From the NCBI GenBank assembly GCA_964402695.1, contig CAYODK010000006.1, forward strand, positions 2,125-66,124: DNA of 64,000 nucleotides, given 5' to 3'. Of the stretch, positions 37,839 through 47,516 are shown piece by piece. The DNA is from an uncultured Verrucomicrobiota bacterium. Lineage in GTDB: Bacteria; Verrucomicrobiota; Kiritimatiellia; PWTM01. Position numbers and translations under genes: made by a program. The notes under the pieces are model-generated. The model was not told the origin of the DNA and searched no databases. It saw only the letters and a program-made list of their open reading frames with translations. How positions within the stretch are numbered: the first letter of the stretch is position 1; the number at the start of each line of letters is the position of its first letter.

Positions 37839-38708
37839 ATGATTTGCGGTTGCCTCAGAGGCCGCGTCGGGAAGGGGCTGCGCGTCGTCGCCGGCCTCCT
37901 CGTCGCTCTCTTCTTCGCTCTTCCGACGACGGCCCAGACGCCGACGGCGAACTACCTCATCGGGCCGAAGGACCTCCTGGAGATCAAGGTGCAGGAGATT
38001 CCCGAGCTGAACGTCGAGCGGCGGGTGCAGGACGACGGGACGATCGACCTGCCGCTCCTCGGGATGGTCCCCGTCTCGGGCGACTCGGCGCTCGCGTTCC
38101 GCGACCGGCTCGCGGCGATGCTCACCGCGAAGTACGTGAACCAGGCGTACGTCACGGTGAACGTGAAGGAGTACGCGAACCGGCCGATCCTCATCCTCGG
38201 GGGGGTCGCGCGGCCCGGGGCGCTGAACCTCGCCGGGCGCTGGACGCTCCAGCAGGCGATCCTGAACGCAGGGGGGCTCGCGGCGGGGGCGGGGCGGAAG
38301 ATCTCGATCCTGAGGACGGCCGAGAACGGCCTGACGGACCGGATCGAGATCGACTCCGACGAGCTCTTCGTGAACCTGAACCCGGTCTGGAACGTGCCGA
38401 TCTACCCGGGCGACGTCGTGAACGTCGGGACGCGGCGGGAGATCGTCATCTACTTCGTCGGCGAGTTCAAGACGACGGGCGCCGTGAAGGCGATGAGCGA
38501 CGAGAGGGTGACCCTCCTCCGGATGATCGCCCGCGGCGGCGGCTTCACGGACCGCGCGTCGAAGGGGAGCCTGCGGATCAAGCGGACGGGGGCGGACGGG
38601 AAGATGACCGAGATCGAGGCGAACTACTCCCGCATCCTCGCCGGGAAGGACCCCGACGTGGAGCTGATGCACGACGACGTCGTCGTGGCGAAGGAGTCGC
38701 TCTTCTGA
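37839..38708 (+). CDS. wza: Polysaccharide export outer-membrane protein Wza (Poly_export plus SLBB)
   Basis: Signal peptide, PKDLLEIKVQEIPELN...IYPGDVVNV motifs. Confidence 0.85.
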   Translation: MICGCLRGRVGKGLRVVAGLLVALFFALPTTAQTPTANYLIGPKDLLEIKVQEIPELNVERRVQDDGTIDLPLLGMVPVSGDSALAFRDRLAAMLTAKYVNQAYVTVNVKEYANRPILILGGVARPGALNLAGRWTLQQAILNAGGLAAGAGRKISILRTAENGLTDRIEIDSDELFVNLNPVWNVPIYPGDVVNVGTRREIVIYFVGEFKTTGAVKAMSDERVTLLRMIARGGGFTDRASKGSLRIKRTGADGKMTEIEANYSRILAGKDPDVELMHDDVVVAKESLF

Positions 38709-41128
38709 TGGCCTCTCTCGACGATCTCGCCCCGCGGCGCGACGACGAGGAAGAGGGCGGGATCGACTTCCGCCGCTACCTCGACCTCTTCCTCCGCCAC
38801 TGGAAGCTCATCGTCGTCGTCGTCGCGGCCGTCTGCGGCGCGACGCTCGTGAAGACCTACATGACCCCTCCGGTTTATCGGTCGGCGGCGGTCATCTCGG
38901 TGGAGCGCGACCAGATCGCCATGCAGGACCTCGGCCTTGGGCAGGGGATGGTCGCGATGCGCGACCCCGACTTCATCCCGACGCAGATCCGGATGATCAA
39001 GGGGCGCGACGTCCTCGAGCACGTCGTGACGGCCCGGATGGCCCCGGAGGCCGAGGCGGCGAAGGGGCCCGACGCGGAGGCCGCCCGCGAGCTGCAGATG
39101 GGGCGGATGATCCGGGCCATCGGCGGGGGGCTCGACGTGACGCCCGTGCAGGGGACGACGCTCATCGAGATCGCCTACCGCTCGGGCTCGCCCAAGGAAG
39201 CCGCCGAGATGGCGAACGCCGTCGTCGACGGCTTCGTCGCGTGGTCGCGCGAGTCGCGGATCGACCAGGCGACGCAGGTCTCGAAGTTCCTCGAGGCGCA
39301 GATCGAGCAGCTGAAGAGGGACGTGCAGGAGAAGGAGAAGAAGCTCGCCGACTTCGGCCGCTCGCGGGACATCGTCTCGATGGACCCGGGGACGAACGTC
39401 TCGATGCAGAAGCTGGAGACGTTCAACAAGGACTACGCCGCGGCCGTCGCGGAGCGGGTGAACAAGGAGGCCCGACTCCAGCAGGTGACGGCGATGAGCG
39501 CGGAGGCGATCGCCGACCAGGACCCGACGGTCGCCGCGGCGCGCGCCGAGCAGCAGAAGCTGGAGCGCGAGTACGCGGAGAAGCTCTCGATCTGGAAGCC
39601 CGACTTCCCGGCGATGAAGCAGCTGAAGGCGCGCATCCAGAAGGGGCAGGCCTTCCTCGAGACGACGGCGAAGGAGGCGGCCGGGAAGGCGCGCGAGCAG
39701 GCGCGCATCGACCTCGACGCGGCCCGCAAGCGCGAGGAGGTGCTCAAGGGGGTCCTGAGGAACCAGACCTCGGAGACGCTCGGGCAGAGCGTGAACGCCG
39801 TGGAGTTCGCGAACCTGCGGGTGGAGAGCTCGGCCTCTCGGACGCTCCTCGACACGATGCTGAAGCGGCAGGCCGAGATGGAGGTCGCCGCCCGGATGGC
39901 GGGGACGCGGCAGTCGACGGCGCGCGTCGTCGAGCGGGCCTCGCTCCCCGAGTACCGCTGGTACCCGTCGTACCGGAAGAACCTCGAGAAGGGGCTCGTC
40001 CTCGGGCTCTTCCTCGGCGCGGGCCTCGTCCTCCTCATCGACTTCCTCGATCGGAGCGTGAGGACGCAGGACCAGGTGGAGAAGGTGCTGAAGCTGCCCG
40101 CCCTCGGCGTCATCCCGGCGCTCGGGGCGGGGACGGGGAAGGGCTACGGCTACGGGTACGGCTACGGGTACCTCTACGGTTACGGCGCGCGCCGGAAGGC
40201 GGCGGCCGCGGCGAAGGAGAAGGGGGCGGCGAGCGGGGCCGCGGAGGTCGTCGAGCTGATCCCGCACACGAACCCGCGCTCCGTCGTGACGGAGGCCTAC
40301 CGGGCGTTCCGCACGCTCCTCCTCCTCTCGCGGGCGGGCGGCCTGAAGAGCGTCGTCGTGACGTCGGCGGTGCCGGGCGAGGGGAAGACGACGACGGCGA
40401 TCAACCTCGCGGTGACGCTCGCGCAGCTCGGGAAGCGGACGATCCTCTTCGACGCCGACCTCCACAAGCCGCGCGTCCACACGGTGCTGAAGATCTCGAA
40501 CCGGAGGGGGCTCGTCTCGCTCCTCGCCGAAGGGCTGAAGCTGGAGGACGTCCTCCAGCCGACGCCCGTCCCGAACCTCTGGGTCGTGCCGGCCGGACCG
40601 CTCACCCCGAACCCCTCCGGCCTCCTCGCCTCCGACGCGATGGCGCACCTCCTCGAGGAGGTGCACGCGGCGTTCGACTACATCGTCTTCGACTCGCCCC
40701 CGGTGCAGCCGGTGGCCGACGCGCTTCTCCTCGGGGCGGCGACGGACGGCGTGGTGATGGCTGTGAAGGGGGGGAAGACGTCGCGCGAGGTCGTCGCGAA
40801 GGCGAAGCTGAAGCTGCAGCGCGCGAACGTGAGGATCCTCGGGGTCCTCATCAACAACCTGCGGATCGGCGGGAAGGGGCTCGGCGGCTACTCGCCGTAC
40901 GCGAAGTACGAGTACGGCTACGGATACGGCTACGGCGAGGGGCGCGAGCCGGAGAAGACGCCGAGCGGCGCCTTCCCGATGGTGAAGGCCCCGGCGCCGG
41001 CGGAGCCGAAGGCGGCGGCGCCGACGCCGCCGACGGCGCCACGGACGGCCGCCTCCGCGCCGACGAGCCCGGCGCCGGCTGCGCACCCGAGGCCGGCGCC
41101 GAGGCGGGCCGGAGGGAAGACGGCATGA
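38708..41128 (+). CDS. wzc: Polysaccharide co-polymerase/tyrosine autokinase Wzc (Wzz domain plus BY-kinase)
   Basis: N-terminal TM plus periplasmic coiled coil, Walker A SAVPGEGKTTT, DxD, C-terminal Y-cluster YAKYEYGYGYGYGEG. 806 aa. Confidence 0.9.
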   Translation: MASLDDLAPRRDDEEEGGIDFRRYLDLFLRHWKLIVVVVAAVCGATLVKTYMTPPVYRSAAVISVERDQIAMQDLGLGQGMVAMRDPDFIPTQIRMIKGRDVLEHVVTARMAPEAEAAKGPDAEAARELQMGRMIRAIGGGLDVTPVQGTTLIEIAYRSGSPKEAAEMANAVVDGFVAWSRESRIDQATQVSKFLEAQIEQLKRDVQEKEKKLADFGRSRDIVSMDPGTNVSMQKLETFNKDYAAAVAERVNKEARLQQVTAMSAEAIADQDPTVAAARAEQQKLEREYAEKLSIWKPDFPAMKQLKARIQKGQAFLETTAKEAAGKAREQARIDLDAARKREEVLKGVLRNQTSETLGQSVNAVEFANLRVESSASRTLLDTMLKRQAEMEVAARMAGTRQSTARVVERASLPEYRWYPSYRKNLEKGLVLGLFLGAGLVLLIDFLDRSVRTQDQVEKVLKLPALGVIPALGAGTGKGYGYGYGYGYLYGYGARRKAAAAAKEKGAASGAAEVVELIPHTNPRSVVTEAYRAFRTLLLLSRAGGLKSVVVTSAVPGEGKTTTAINLAVTLAQLGKRTILFDADLHKPRVHTVLKISNRRGLVSLLAEGLKLEDVLQPTPVPNLWVVPAGPLTPNPSGLLASDAMAHLLEEVHAAFDYIVFDSPPVQPVADALLLGAATDGVVMAVKGGKTSREVVAKAKLKLQRANVRILGVLINNLRIGGKGLGGYSPYAKYEYGYGYGYGEGREPEKTPSGAFPMVKAPAPAEPKAAAPTPPTAPRTAASAPTSPAPAAHPRPAPRRAGGKTA

Positions 41129-42843
41129 GCGGCGAGGCCCGGCCCGCCACGTGGCCGCGCCTCGCCCTCGCCGGGGCCTCGGGGGCCCTCCTCCTCCTCG
41201 CGGCTCTCCACCAGCGGGCGGACGCCCGCGGCCGCGAGGCGGTCGAGCGCTTCTTCACGACGTACACGCTCGACGTGCGCCGGCCGGAGCTGGTGGAGAC
41301 GGCGCGCGTGGAGGCGGCCGCCGACCTCGCCAAGCAGGTCGCCGTGCGGGCCGCGACGCTCGACGTGGCGGGGCGTACGCCCCTCGCGAAGCTGGAGCCC
41401 GGGTTGCGCGAGCTGTGGCTCCGCTCGGTGCGCGAGCTGCCGGAGGAGGTCGCCGCGGCACGCGGGCTCGCCCTCCAGGCGCTCGCGGCGCGGCCGGCGT
41501 GGGCCTTCCACGCGCTCGGGCTCGCCGAGCTCGTCCTCGCGGACGAGTGGCGCGAGCCGGAGGCGGAGCGGACGGCGGCCCGCTGGCGCGAGGCGGCGAA
41601 GCTCGGCGCGGCCTGGGCCCCGAACGCCCCCGGGGTGTGGGCGGCGTGGGCCGCGGCCTCGCTGGAGCGGTGGCCTGTGCTGGGTGAGGCGGAGAGGCAC
41701 GAGGCGCAGCCGGTGCTGAAGGCGGCCCTGCGCGAGGAGTGGTTCCAGCGCGTCGCGCTCGGTCCGGCCGTCGCGGCGCTCGGGGCCGACGGCGCGCTCT
41801 CGCTGCTGCCCGAGACGCCCGGGGCGCTCGCGGTGGCGCGCGGGGTCCTCTCGGGGGCGCCGGGGTTCGGGTTCGAGGAGCGGGTCGCGCTCGAGGAGCG
41901 CTGGACGCGAGCCGAGCGGGCCGCGCGACGCGCCGCCGTGGAGGAGATCGAGGCGTGGCGGGAGCGGGGGCGCGCCGAGCGCGCGGTGCCGCTCGCGCGC
42001 GACTACCTGAGGCTCCACCCGGTGGAGGCGTTCGACGACGCGGAGGGGCGGGCGCAGGCGCGCGCGGTGCTCGCCGCGGTCGGAGACGGGCGGCCCGGCG
42101 GCTGGCGGAGCGACCCGCGCGGGGCGCTCGTGAGCTGGTTCCTCGCGGCGCCGGAGCGGATCGGCGAGGCGGGGGCCGACCTCGCGCGCGCGACGCGCGG
42201 GATGCAGGACCTGCCCGACGGGACGCGCGCGCTCGTGGCGCTCCACGCCGGGGACGAGGCGGGGTGGCGGACCGTCGTCGACCGGACGGACACGGGGGGC
42301 TCGTCGGAGTGGACGCCGTTCTGGACGGAGCTCGCCCGGAGGAACCTCGCCGAGGGGCTCGTCGCGGAGGCGGCCGAGGCGCTCGCCAGGGTCTCGCGCT
42401 TCGACGCGGGGCGGTGCGAGGTCGTCCTCGCGCGGCGCGCGGTGGCGCGGTCGCGTGGCGGCGTGGCGGCCCTCCTCGAGGGGGGCGAGGGCGAGAGGCC
42501 CGCGGCGCCGGGGGCGGCGCTCGACGTCTCGGTCTGGCCCGCCAAGGGGGCCGGGGCGATCCCGCTCTGCGTCGACCCGGAGACGGCGGAGACGTCGGTC
42601 CTCGCCGTCTCGGCGGTCTCGCCGGAGGCGGCGTTCGCCTGGTGGGGCTGGAACGGCGGGCGGCAGGGGACGTGGCGGCTCGAGGCGGGCCGCGAGACGA
42701 CGCTGAAGGTGCCGCTCGCGGGGCTCGGCGGGGCGCGGACGTTCTCGCTCGGGCCGGTGCTCGGCGGCCCCGTCAGGCCGACTCGGGCTCGGGTCGAGAC
42801 CGGTGGCGGCGATGCCGCCGGGGCTCCCCTCCCGCCGTCGTAG
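41125..42843 (+). CDS. Hypothetical Ala/Arg/Glu-rich exported protein, translationally coupled to wzc
   Basis: ATGA overlap with wzc, N-terminal hydrophobic segment, no recognisable domain. 572 aa. Confidence 0.45.
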   Translation: MSGEARPATWPRLALAGASGALLLLAALHQRADARGREAVERFFTTYTLDVRRPELVETARVEAAADLAKQVAVRAATLDVAGRTPLAKLEPGLRELWLRSVRELPEEVAAARGLALQALAARPAWAFHALGLAELVLADEWREPEAERTAARWREAAKLGAAWAPNAPGVWAAWAAASLERWPVLGEAERHEAQPVLKAALREEWFQRVALGPAVAALGADGALSLLPETPGALAVARGVLSGAPGFGFEERVALEERWTRAERAARRAAVEEIEAWRERGRAERAVPLARDYLRLHPVEAFDDAEGRAQARAVLAAVGDGRPGGWRSDPRGALVSWFLAAPERIGEAGADLARATRGMQDLPDGTRALVALHAGDEAGWRTVVDRTDTGGSSEWTPFWTELARRNLAEGLVAEAAEALARVSRFDAGRCEVVLARRAVARSRGGVAALLEGGEGERPAAPGAALDVSVWPAKGAGAIPLCVDPETAETSVLAVSAVSPEAAFAWWGWNGGRQGTWRLEAGRETTLKVPLAGLGGARTFSLGPVLGGPVRPTRARVETGGGDAAGAPLPPS

Positions 42844-44326
42844 GCGACGGGACGAGGTCGAGCCCCGGCTCGTCGGCCCGTTTCCAGCGGAGCGCCGCCC
42901 AGGCGCACCCGAGGCAGGCGGCGAGCGTCGCGGGGATGGCCGGGATCGAGAAGTTGAACTCGGCCATTCCGTGGAGGAGGAGCATGGCGAGGGCCCCGAT
43001 GCCGGCGAGCCCCCAGGCGGCCTCCTCGCGGTGGCGCTGGTGGAAGAAGCCGCGGAGGAGGGCGCGCGCGCCGGCGACGATCGCCGTGAGCGCGAGCGCC
43101 GCCCCGGCGACGCCGCCCGTCACGAGGATCTGCAGGTACTCGTTGTGCGCCTGCTCGACGAGGCCGCGCACCTCGGGACTCTGGACGCGGCGGATCGCCT
43201 CGCGGAACGTGCCGAGGCCCGAGCCGAGGGCCGGAAAGAGGCCGAAGGCCTCGAGCGAGTCGCGCCAGACGAGGACGCGGTAGTCGGCGGCGAGGTCGGC
43301 GGAATCGGGGAGGACGAAGCGGAGAAAGGCGACAGTGCCGGCCCCCGCGATGGCGAAGGCAGTGCCCGCGACGACGAGGACGCCGAGGACGGAGGCGACG
43401 ACGTGGCGCCCGCCCTGCGGGGCGACGGTGCGCGCCTCCCAGGCGAGCGCGCCGAGGAGGACGGTGGTGCCCGCGGCCGCGAGGAGGCCGCCGCGCGACT
43501 GGGTGACGACGACGCCCGCGGCGAGGAAGGCCCAGAGGAGGAACGAGAGGAAGAAGCGCGGGACGAGGCGGACGAGCCAGTCGGCCCGCTCGTCGATGCC
43601 CGAGATCGCGGCGAAGTCGCGGACGGCGCTCCGGGCGCGGTACCAGAGGAAGCCGAAGGCGCAGGCGAGGGAAATCTCGAGGTAGCCCGCGAGGTTGTTC
43701 GGGTTGACGAAGGAGCCGTGGAGGCGGAGGAGGCGGTCCTCGGTGGCGAGCGCCCGGGCGACCTGGAAGACGCCTGAGGCGAGGACGACGAGGCCGAAGA
43801 GGCGGCGCGGGGCGCGGCGCGCGAGGAGGACGGAGGCCGAGAGGAAGAGGCCGACGAAGGCGAGGGCGAGGAGGGCGGTGCCGGCCGTCTCCCAGGGGGC
43901 GAGCGAGACGCGGGCGGCGGGGGCGGGCTCGCCGAACGAGGCGAAGACGCGCCCGGCGCCGGCCCAGGCCTCGGCGCTCGCGGGGGAGACGAGGGCGACG
44001 AGACCCGCGGGGAGAGGGAGGAGCTGGAGGAGGCCGAGGAGGCCGAGGCCGGCGACGGCGGCGAGCGGGAGGCGGATGCCGTGGAGGTGCGGGCGGGCGT
44101 CGGGAGCAAGGAACGTGACGAGCGTCACGAGGAATGCGCCGAGGACGATCTTTCCGGTGCCGGTGAGCCCGGGCTGGACGCTGCCCCACGGGAAAGGGGC
44201 CGCGACGACGTACGCGAGGAGGAGGCCGTAGGCGACGCGGCGCGGCCAGGAGCCGGAGAAGGCCTCGGCGAGCAGCCGGGAAACGGCGTTCGGCGCGCTG
44301 TCTGACATGGAGGAGCCCATCATACC
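42773..44326 (-). CDS. O-antigen ligase family protein (Wzy_C domain)
   Basis: Multi-TM with a periplasmic loop containing HNEYLQILVTGG. Confidence 0.75.
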   Translation of the reverse strand, partial: GMMGSSMSDSAPNAVSRLLAEAFSGSWPRRVAYGLLLAYVVAAPFPWGSVQPGLTGTGKIVLGAFLVTLVTFLAPDARPHLHGIRLPLAAVAGLGLLGLLQLLPLPAGLVALVSPASAEAWAGAGRVFASFGEPAPAARVSLAPWETAGTALLALAFVGLFLSASVLLARRAPRRLFGLVVLASGVFQVARALATEDRLLRLHGSFVNPNNLAGYLEISLACAFGFLWYRARSAVRDFAAISGIDERADWLVRLVPRFFLSFLLWAFLAAGVVVTQSRGGLLAAAGTTVLLGALAWEARTVAPQGGRHVVASVLGVLVVAGTAFAIAGAGTVAFLRFVLPDSADLAADYRVLVWRDSLEAFGLFPALGSGLGTFREAIRRVQSPEVRGLVEQAHNEYLQILVTGGVAGAALALTAIVAGARALLRGFFHQRHREEAAWGLAGIGALAMLLLHGMAEFNFSIPAIPATLAACLGCAWAALRWKRADEPGLDLVPSPTTAGGEPRRHRRHRSRPEPESA

Positions 44327-44412
44327 CACGCAGGTCGGCGGCGAGAGGACGGCGCGGGGCGAAGCAACCGGACGGGAGGAGGTCGGAAAGAGGACGACTC
44401 GGGGGCTCCTGG

Positions 44413-44441
44413 TTGACGCAGGGCAGGCGGCTCGCTATCGT
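44413..44441 (+). promoter_or_regulatory. Candidate sigma70-like promoter (TTGACG-17 nt-TATCGT)
   Basis: Hexamers with 17-nt spacing about 30 nt upstream of the 44471 start, at a divergent intergenic region. Confidence 0.3.
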
Positions 44442-44470
44442 CAGCTTGGTATCTTGCGGAGGCTCCAGCC

Positions 44471-45127
44471 ATGAGGTCTCAGATTCGGGTTGTCTCGGCC
44501 GTCCTCTCGGCGCTGCTCGTCGCGCCCCACGCGGGGCTCGCGGAGCCGATGCAGGTCACGTCCGAGCGGATCCCGGGGGTCCCCAAGGGCGGGAACGCCC
44601 GCATCACGGCGTCGGTCCCGCCGCAGACGTCGGTCTCGGCGGCGCGCGTCTACTTCAACGCCGAGGGGAAGACCCCCGAGTACTACCTCGAGATGGTCCG
44701 CGGCGACGCGGGGAGCTTCTGGGCCGTCCTCCCGATCCCGAAGTCGGAGACGAAGAAGGTGCAGTACCGGATCCTCTTCCGCGACGCGGAGGGGAAAGAC
44801 ACCTGGCTCCCGCGCGAGACGGTGCCGGTGGACGACACGAAGTTCGACCTGACCGATACGGAGATCCGCTACGCGAAGAACCTCGTCATCGGCGTGACCG
44901 ACCCGGACGTCGAGCTGCTGCCCGACGGCTGGGAGTGCTATGGCGTCGTCAGCTCGATCAACGTCGTCGGCGAGCTGAAGCCGAACGAGGTCTGCCGCTC
45001 GGTGATCATCCCGCCCGCGCTCTGGGTGGCCGGCGGGACGGCGCTGACGGCGGTGGGGGCCGTGATCCTCACCGACGACGACGAGCCGAAGAAGCCCGTC
45101 TCTCCCTCGCGCCCGGGCCCGCGGTAG
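44471..45127 (+). CDS. Hypothetical exported protein with a C-terminal TM anchor
   Basis: Signal peptide, beta-rich, C-terminal hydrophobic helix then a charged tail. Confidence 0.45.
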   Translation: MRSQIRVVSAVLSALLVAPHAGLAEPMQVTSERIPGVPKGGNARITASVPPQTSVSAARVYFNAEGKTPEYYLEMVRGDAGSFWAVLPIPKSETKKVQYRILFRDAEGKDTWLPRETVPVDDTKFDLTDTEIRYAKNLVIGVTDPDVELLPDGWECYGVVSSINVVGELKPNEVCRSVIIPPALWVAGGTALTAVGAVILTDDDEPKKPVSPSRPGPR

Positions 45128-45164
45128 AGCCGCGGCGCGCCCGGCACGGACCGGGGCGTCGGAC

Positions 45165-45902
45165 GTGATCGACCTCCACTTCCACTGTCTTCCCGGTGTC
45201 GACGACGGGCCCGCCGACTGGGCCGAGGCGCTCGAGCTCTGCCGGCTCGCGGCCGCGGACGGCGTGACGATGATCGTCGCGACGCCGCACGTGCTGCGCG
45301 ACCCGTGGTGGAACGAGGACCGCGCGGCGCGGCAGGCGCTCATCGACGAGCTGAACGGGAAGCTCGGCGGGAAGCCGGAGGTCGTCGCCGGGGCGGAGGT
45401 GTGGTTCACCGACGCGCTCGTGGAGCACGCCGAGGCGGGGGAGCGCGGGCCGTTCTCGACGCTCGCCGGGTCGCGGTACCTCCTCGTGGAGTTCCCGCCC
45501 GGGTACGTCGCGCCGGGGGCCGCGGCGGCGTTCCACGAGCTCTCGGTGATGGGGATCGTGCCCGTGGTCGCGCACCCCGAGCGGAACCTCGTCTTCGCGC
45601 GCGAGCCGGCGCGGCTCGCGGAGCTCGTGGAGGCCGGCGCGATCGGGCAGGTGACGGCCGGGTCGCTCGTGGGAGAGTTCGGCCGCTCGGCGCGGGCCGC
45701 GGCGGAGGGGATGATCGGGGACGGCCTCGCGCACTTCGTCGCGTCGGACGCGCACGACCCGAAGCGAAGGCCGCCGAGGATGGCCGCGGCGCGGGAGCGC
45801 GCGCGGAAGCTCTGGGGGGCCGAGGTCGAGGCGGGGCTCTTCGACGCGAACCCGGCGGCGGTCGTCGCCGACCGCGAGCTGCCCTGGGTCTTCGGCGGCT
45901 GA
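45165..45902 (+). CDS. CpsB/YwqE-type PHP-domain tyrosine-protein phosphatase
   Basis: N-terminal MIDLHFHCLPGVDDGP and the HPERN motif, typical of CpsB. Cognate of the BY-kinase. Confidence 0.85.
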   Translation: MIDLHFHCLPGVDDGPADWAEALELCRLAAADGVTMIVATPHVLRDPWWNEDRAARQALIDELNGKLGGKPEVVAGAEVWFTDALVEHAEAGERGPFSTLAGSRYLLVEFPPGYVAPGAAAAFHELSVMGIVPVVAHPERNLVFAREPARLAELVEAGAIGQVTAGSLVGEFGRSARAAAEGMIGDGLAHFVASDAHDPKRRPPRMAAARERARKLWGAEVEAGLFDANPAAVVADRELPWVFGG

Positions 45903-45914
45903 GGAAGGACTACG

Positions 45915-47384
45915 ATGCCGGACATGAGAAAGAGGATGCTCGCCGCCGCGCTCGCGATCGCCGCGGCGCTGCCCGCCGGGGCGCAGGCCGCGGACGACTT
46001 CTACAAGGCGCGGCTCCAGGAAGGGCGGATCGCCTACGAGACGGGGAACGCGGCGGAGGCCGCGGACCTCCTCCGGATAGGCTGCTTCGGCCTGATGGAC
46101 CACCCCGCGCTTCTCTCGGAGGGGCTCGCGTGGCTCGCGCTCGCGCAGGTGAAGGCGGGGCGCGCGGCCGACGTGGACGGGACGGTGCGGCGCTTCCTCG
46201 AGGTTGAGAAGCGGTTCGGGGTGTGGGCGAAGGCGGCCGTGTCGGACGGCGCGCGGAAGGAGTTCGAGGCGCTCCTCGCGCGGCGGCTGCCGCCCGAGGC
46301 GCTCGCCTCGGTGCCGGCGCTCGCGGGGCTCGTGGAGACCGACGAGCAGAAGATCGCGAAGCTCGCGCCGCGGGAGCGGCGGCGGGCGCTCGAGGCGAAG
46401 GCGGCCGCGGAGCCGGCCGAGAAGAAGTGGGTGCTCGCCCTCGCGCGGCTCGCGGCCGAGGCGGGGGAGCCGAAGGAGACGATCCGCCAGGCCGGGAAGG
46501 CGATCGAGCTCGACCCGCAGGACCTCGAGGCGCGGCGCCTCAGGGCCGCGGCGCTCATGGCGCGGAAGAGCTGGGCCGAGGCGCTCGCCGACCTCGACGC
46601 GCTGCCGCCCGCGCTCCTCGCGTCGCAGCCCGCGCTCAGGGCCGACCGGTTCGTCTGCCTCGCGGCGGGGAAGCAGTGGGACCTCGCGCGCGAAGCGGCG
46701 GCGGGGCTGCCGGAGGACCAGCTCGCGCGGGCGGACGTCGCCGCGGCGATGAGGAAGGTGCCGGCGGCGCCGCAGGCGCCCGCGGCGGAGGAGGCAGCGG
46801 GCGCGACGGGAGCGCAGGGGGCGCCCGCGGCGGCGCCTGCGGTGGCGGAAGGGGCCCGGGCCGCGACGGTCGAGAGCGTTCCGGCCGCGCGGGCCGAGGC
46901 CGCTGCGGCACCGCCCGCGACGCCGCCGGCGGCCCCTCCGGGAAGCCGGACGGCAGCTGTGCCGGGCGCGGCGGCGCCGGCGGCGGGCGCCGGGGGCCCG
47001 GGGGCTCCGCAGGCGGCGGCCTCGATCGACGCGCTCAAGGTCCAGATTCGCGACGCGCTGAAGGCGGGGGCTCCCGACAAGGCGAAGGGGATCGCGATGG
47101 GAGCCGTCGCGGCGCGCCCGGACGACCGGGAGGCCCGCAAGCTCCTCCTCGAGGCGGCCTGCATGTCGCGCGACTGGAAGACGGTGGCCGCGCAGGCGCG
47201 GCTCCTCGCGCCGTTCCGCGACGGCGAGGAGCCGTCGATGTTCTACGGCGCCGTCGGGCTCTACGAGACGGGGGCCGTCGAGGAGGCCCGGCCGCTCATG
47301 CAGCGGGCGCGTCCCCGCGTCGCGCAGACGCCGTTCGTGAACTACTACGCCGATCGTCTGCTCCGCGACGGGACGCCGCAGTGA
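45915..47384 (+). CDS. Secreted TPR-like repeat protein
   Basis: Signal peptide, Ala-rich helical repeats, a low-complexity AP-rich middle. Confidence 0.45.
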   Translation: MPDMRKRMLAAALAIAAALPAGAQAADDFYKARLQEGRIAYETGNAAEAADLLRIGCFGLMDHPALLSEGLAWLALAQVKAGRAADVDGTVRRFLEVEKRFGVWAKAAVSDGARKEFEALLARRLPPEALASVPALAGLVETDEQKIAKLAPRERRRALEAKAAAEPAEKKWVLALARLAAEAGEPKETIRQAGKAIELDPQDLEARRLRAAALMARKSWAEALADLDALPPALLASQPALRADRFVCLAAGKQWDLAREAAAGLPEDQLARADVAAAMRKVPAAPQAPAAEEAAGATGAQGAPAAAPAVAEGARAATVESVPAARAEAAAAPPATPPAAPPGSRTAAVPGAAAPAAGAGGPGAPQAAASIDALKVQIRDALKAGAPDKAKGIAMGAVAARPDDREARKLLLEAACMSRDWKTVAAQARLLAPFRDGEEPSMFYGAVGLYETGAVEEARPLMQRARPRVAQTPFVNYYADRLLRDGTPQ

Positions 47385-47516
47385 CGGTCGCGGGCTCGCC
47401 GGCAGCAGCGTCTGCCGCGGCGGTCGCAGCGGCGGCAACGCGCGGAACTGTCGGTTCGGAAACGTTGACCGGGCGCTGTCGCGCCGACTAAAGTCCGGGA
47501 AAAGGGAGGAATCCGT

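Noticed and set aside
40130-40195. GY-coding hexanucleotide repeats (ggctacgggtac...) considered as a possible CRISPR or tandem-repeat element.
   Set aside because: They are in frame within wzc and encode the tyrosine cluster. No spacers or repeat-unit regularity typical of CRISPR.
37844-41128. Track ORF of 1094 aa suggesting one giant gene.
   Set aside because: The N-terminal 288 codons are an alternate frame over wza. The real Wzc begins at the ATG at 38708 overlapping the wza stop.
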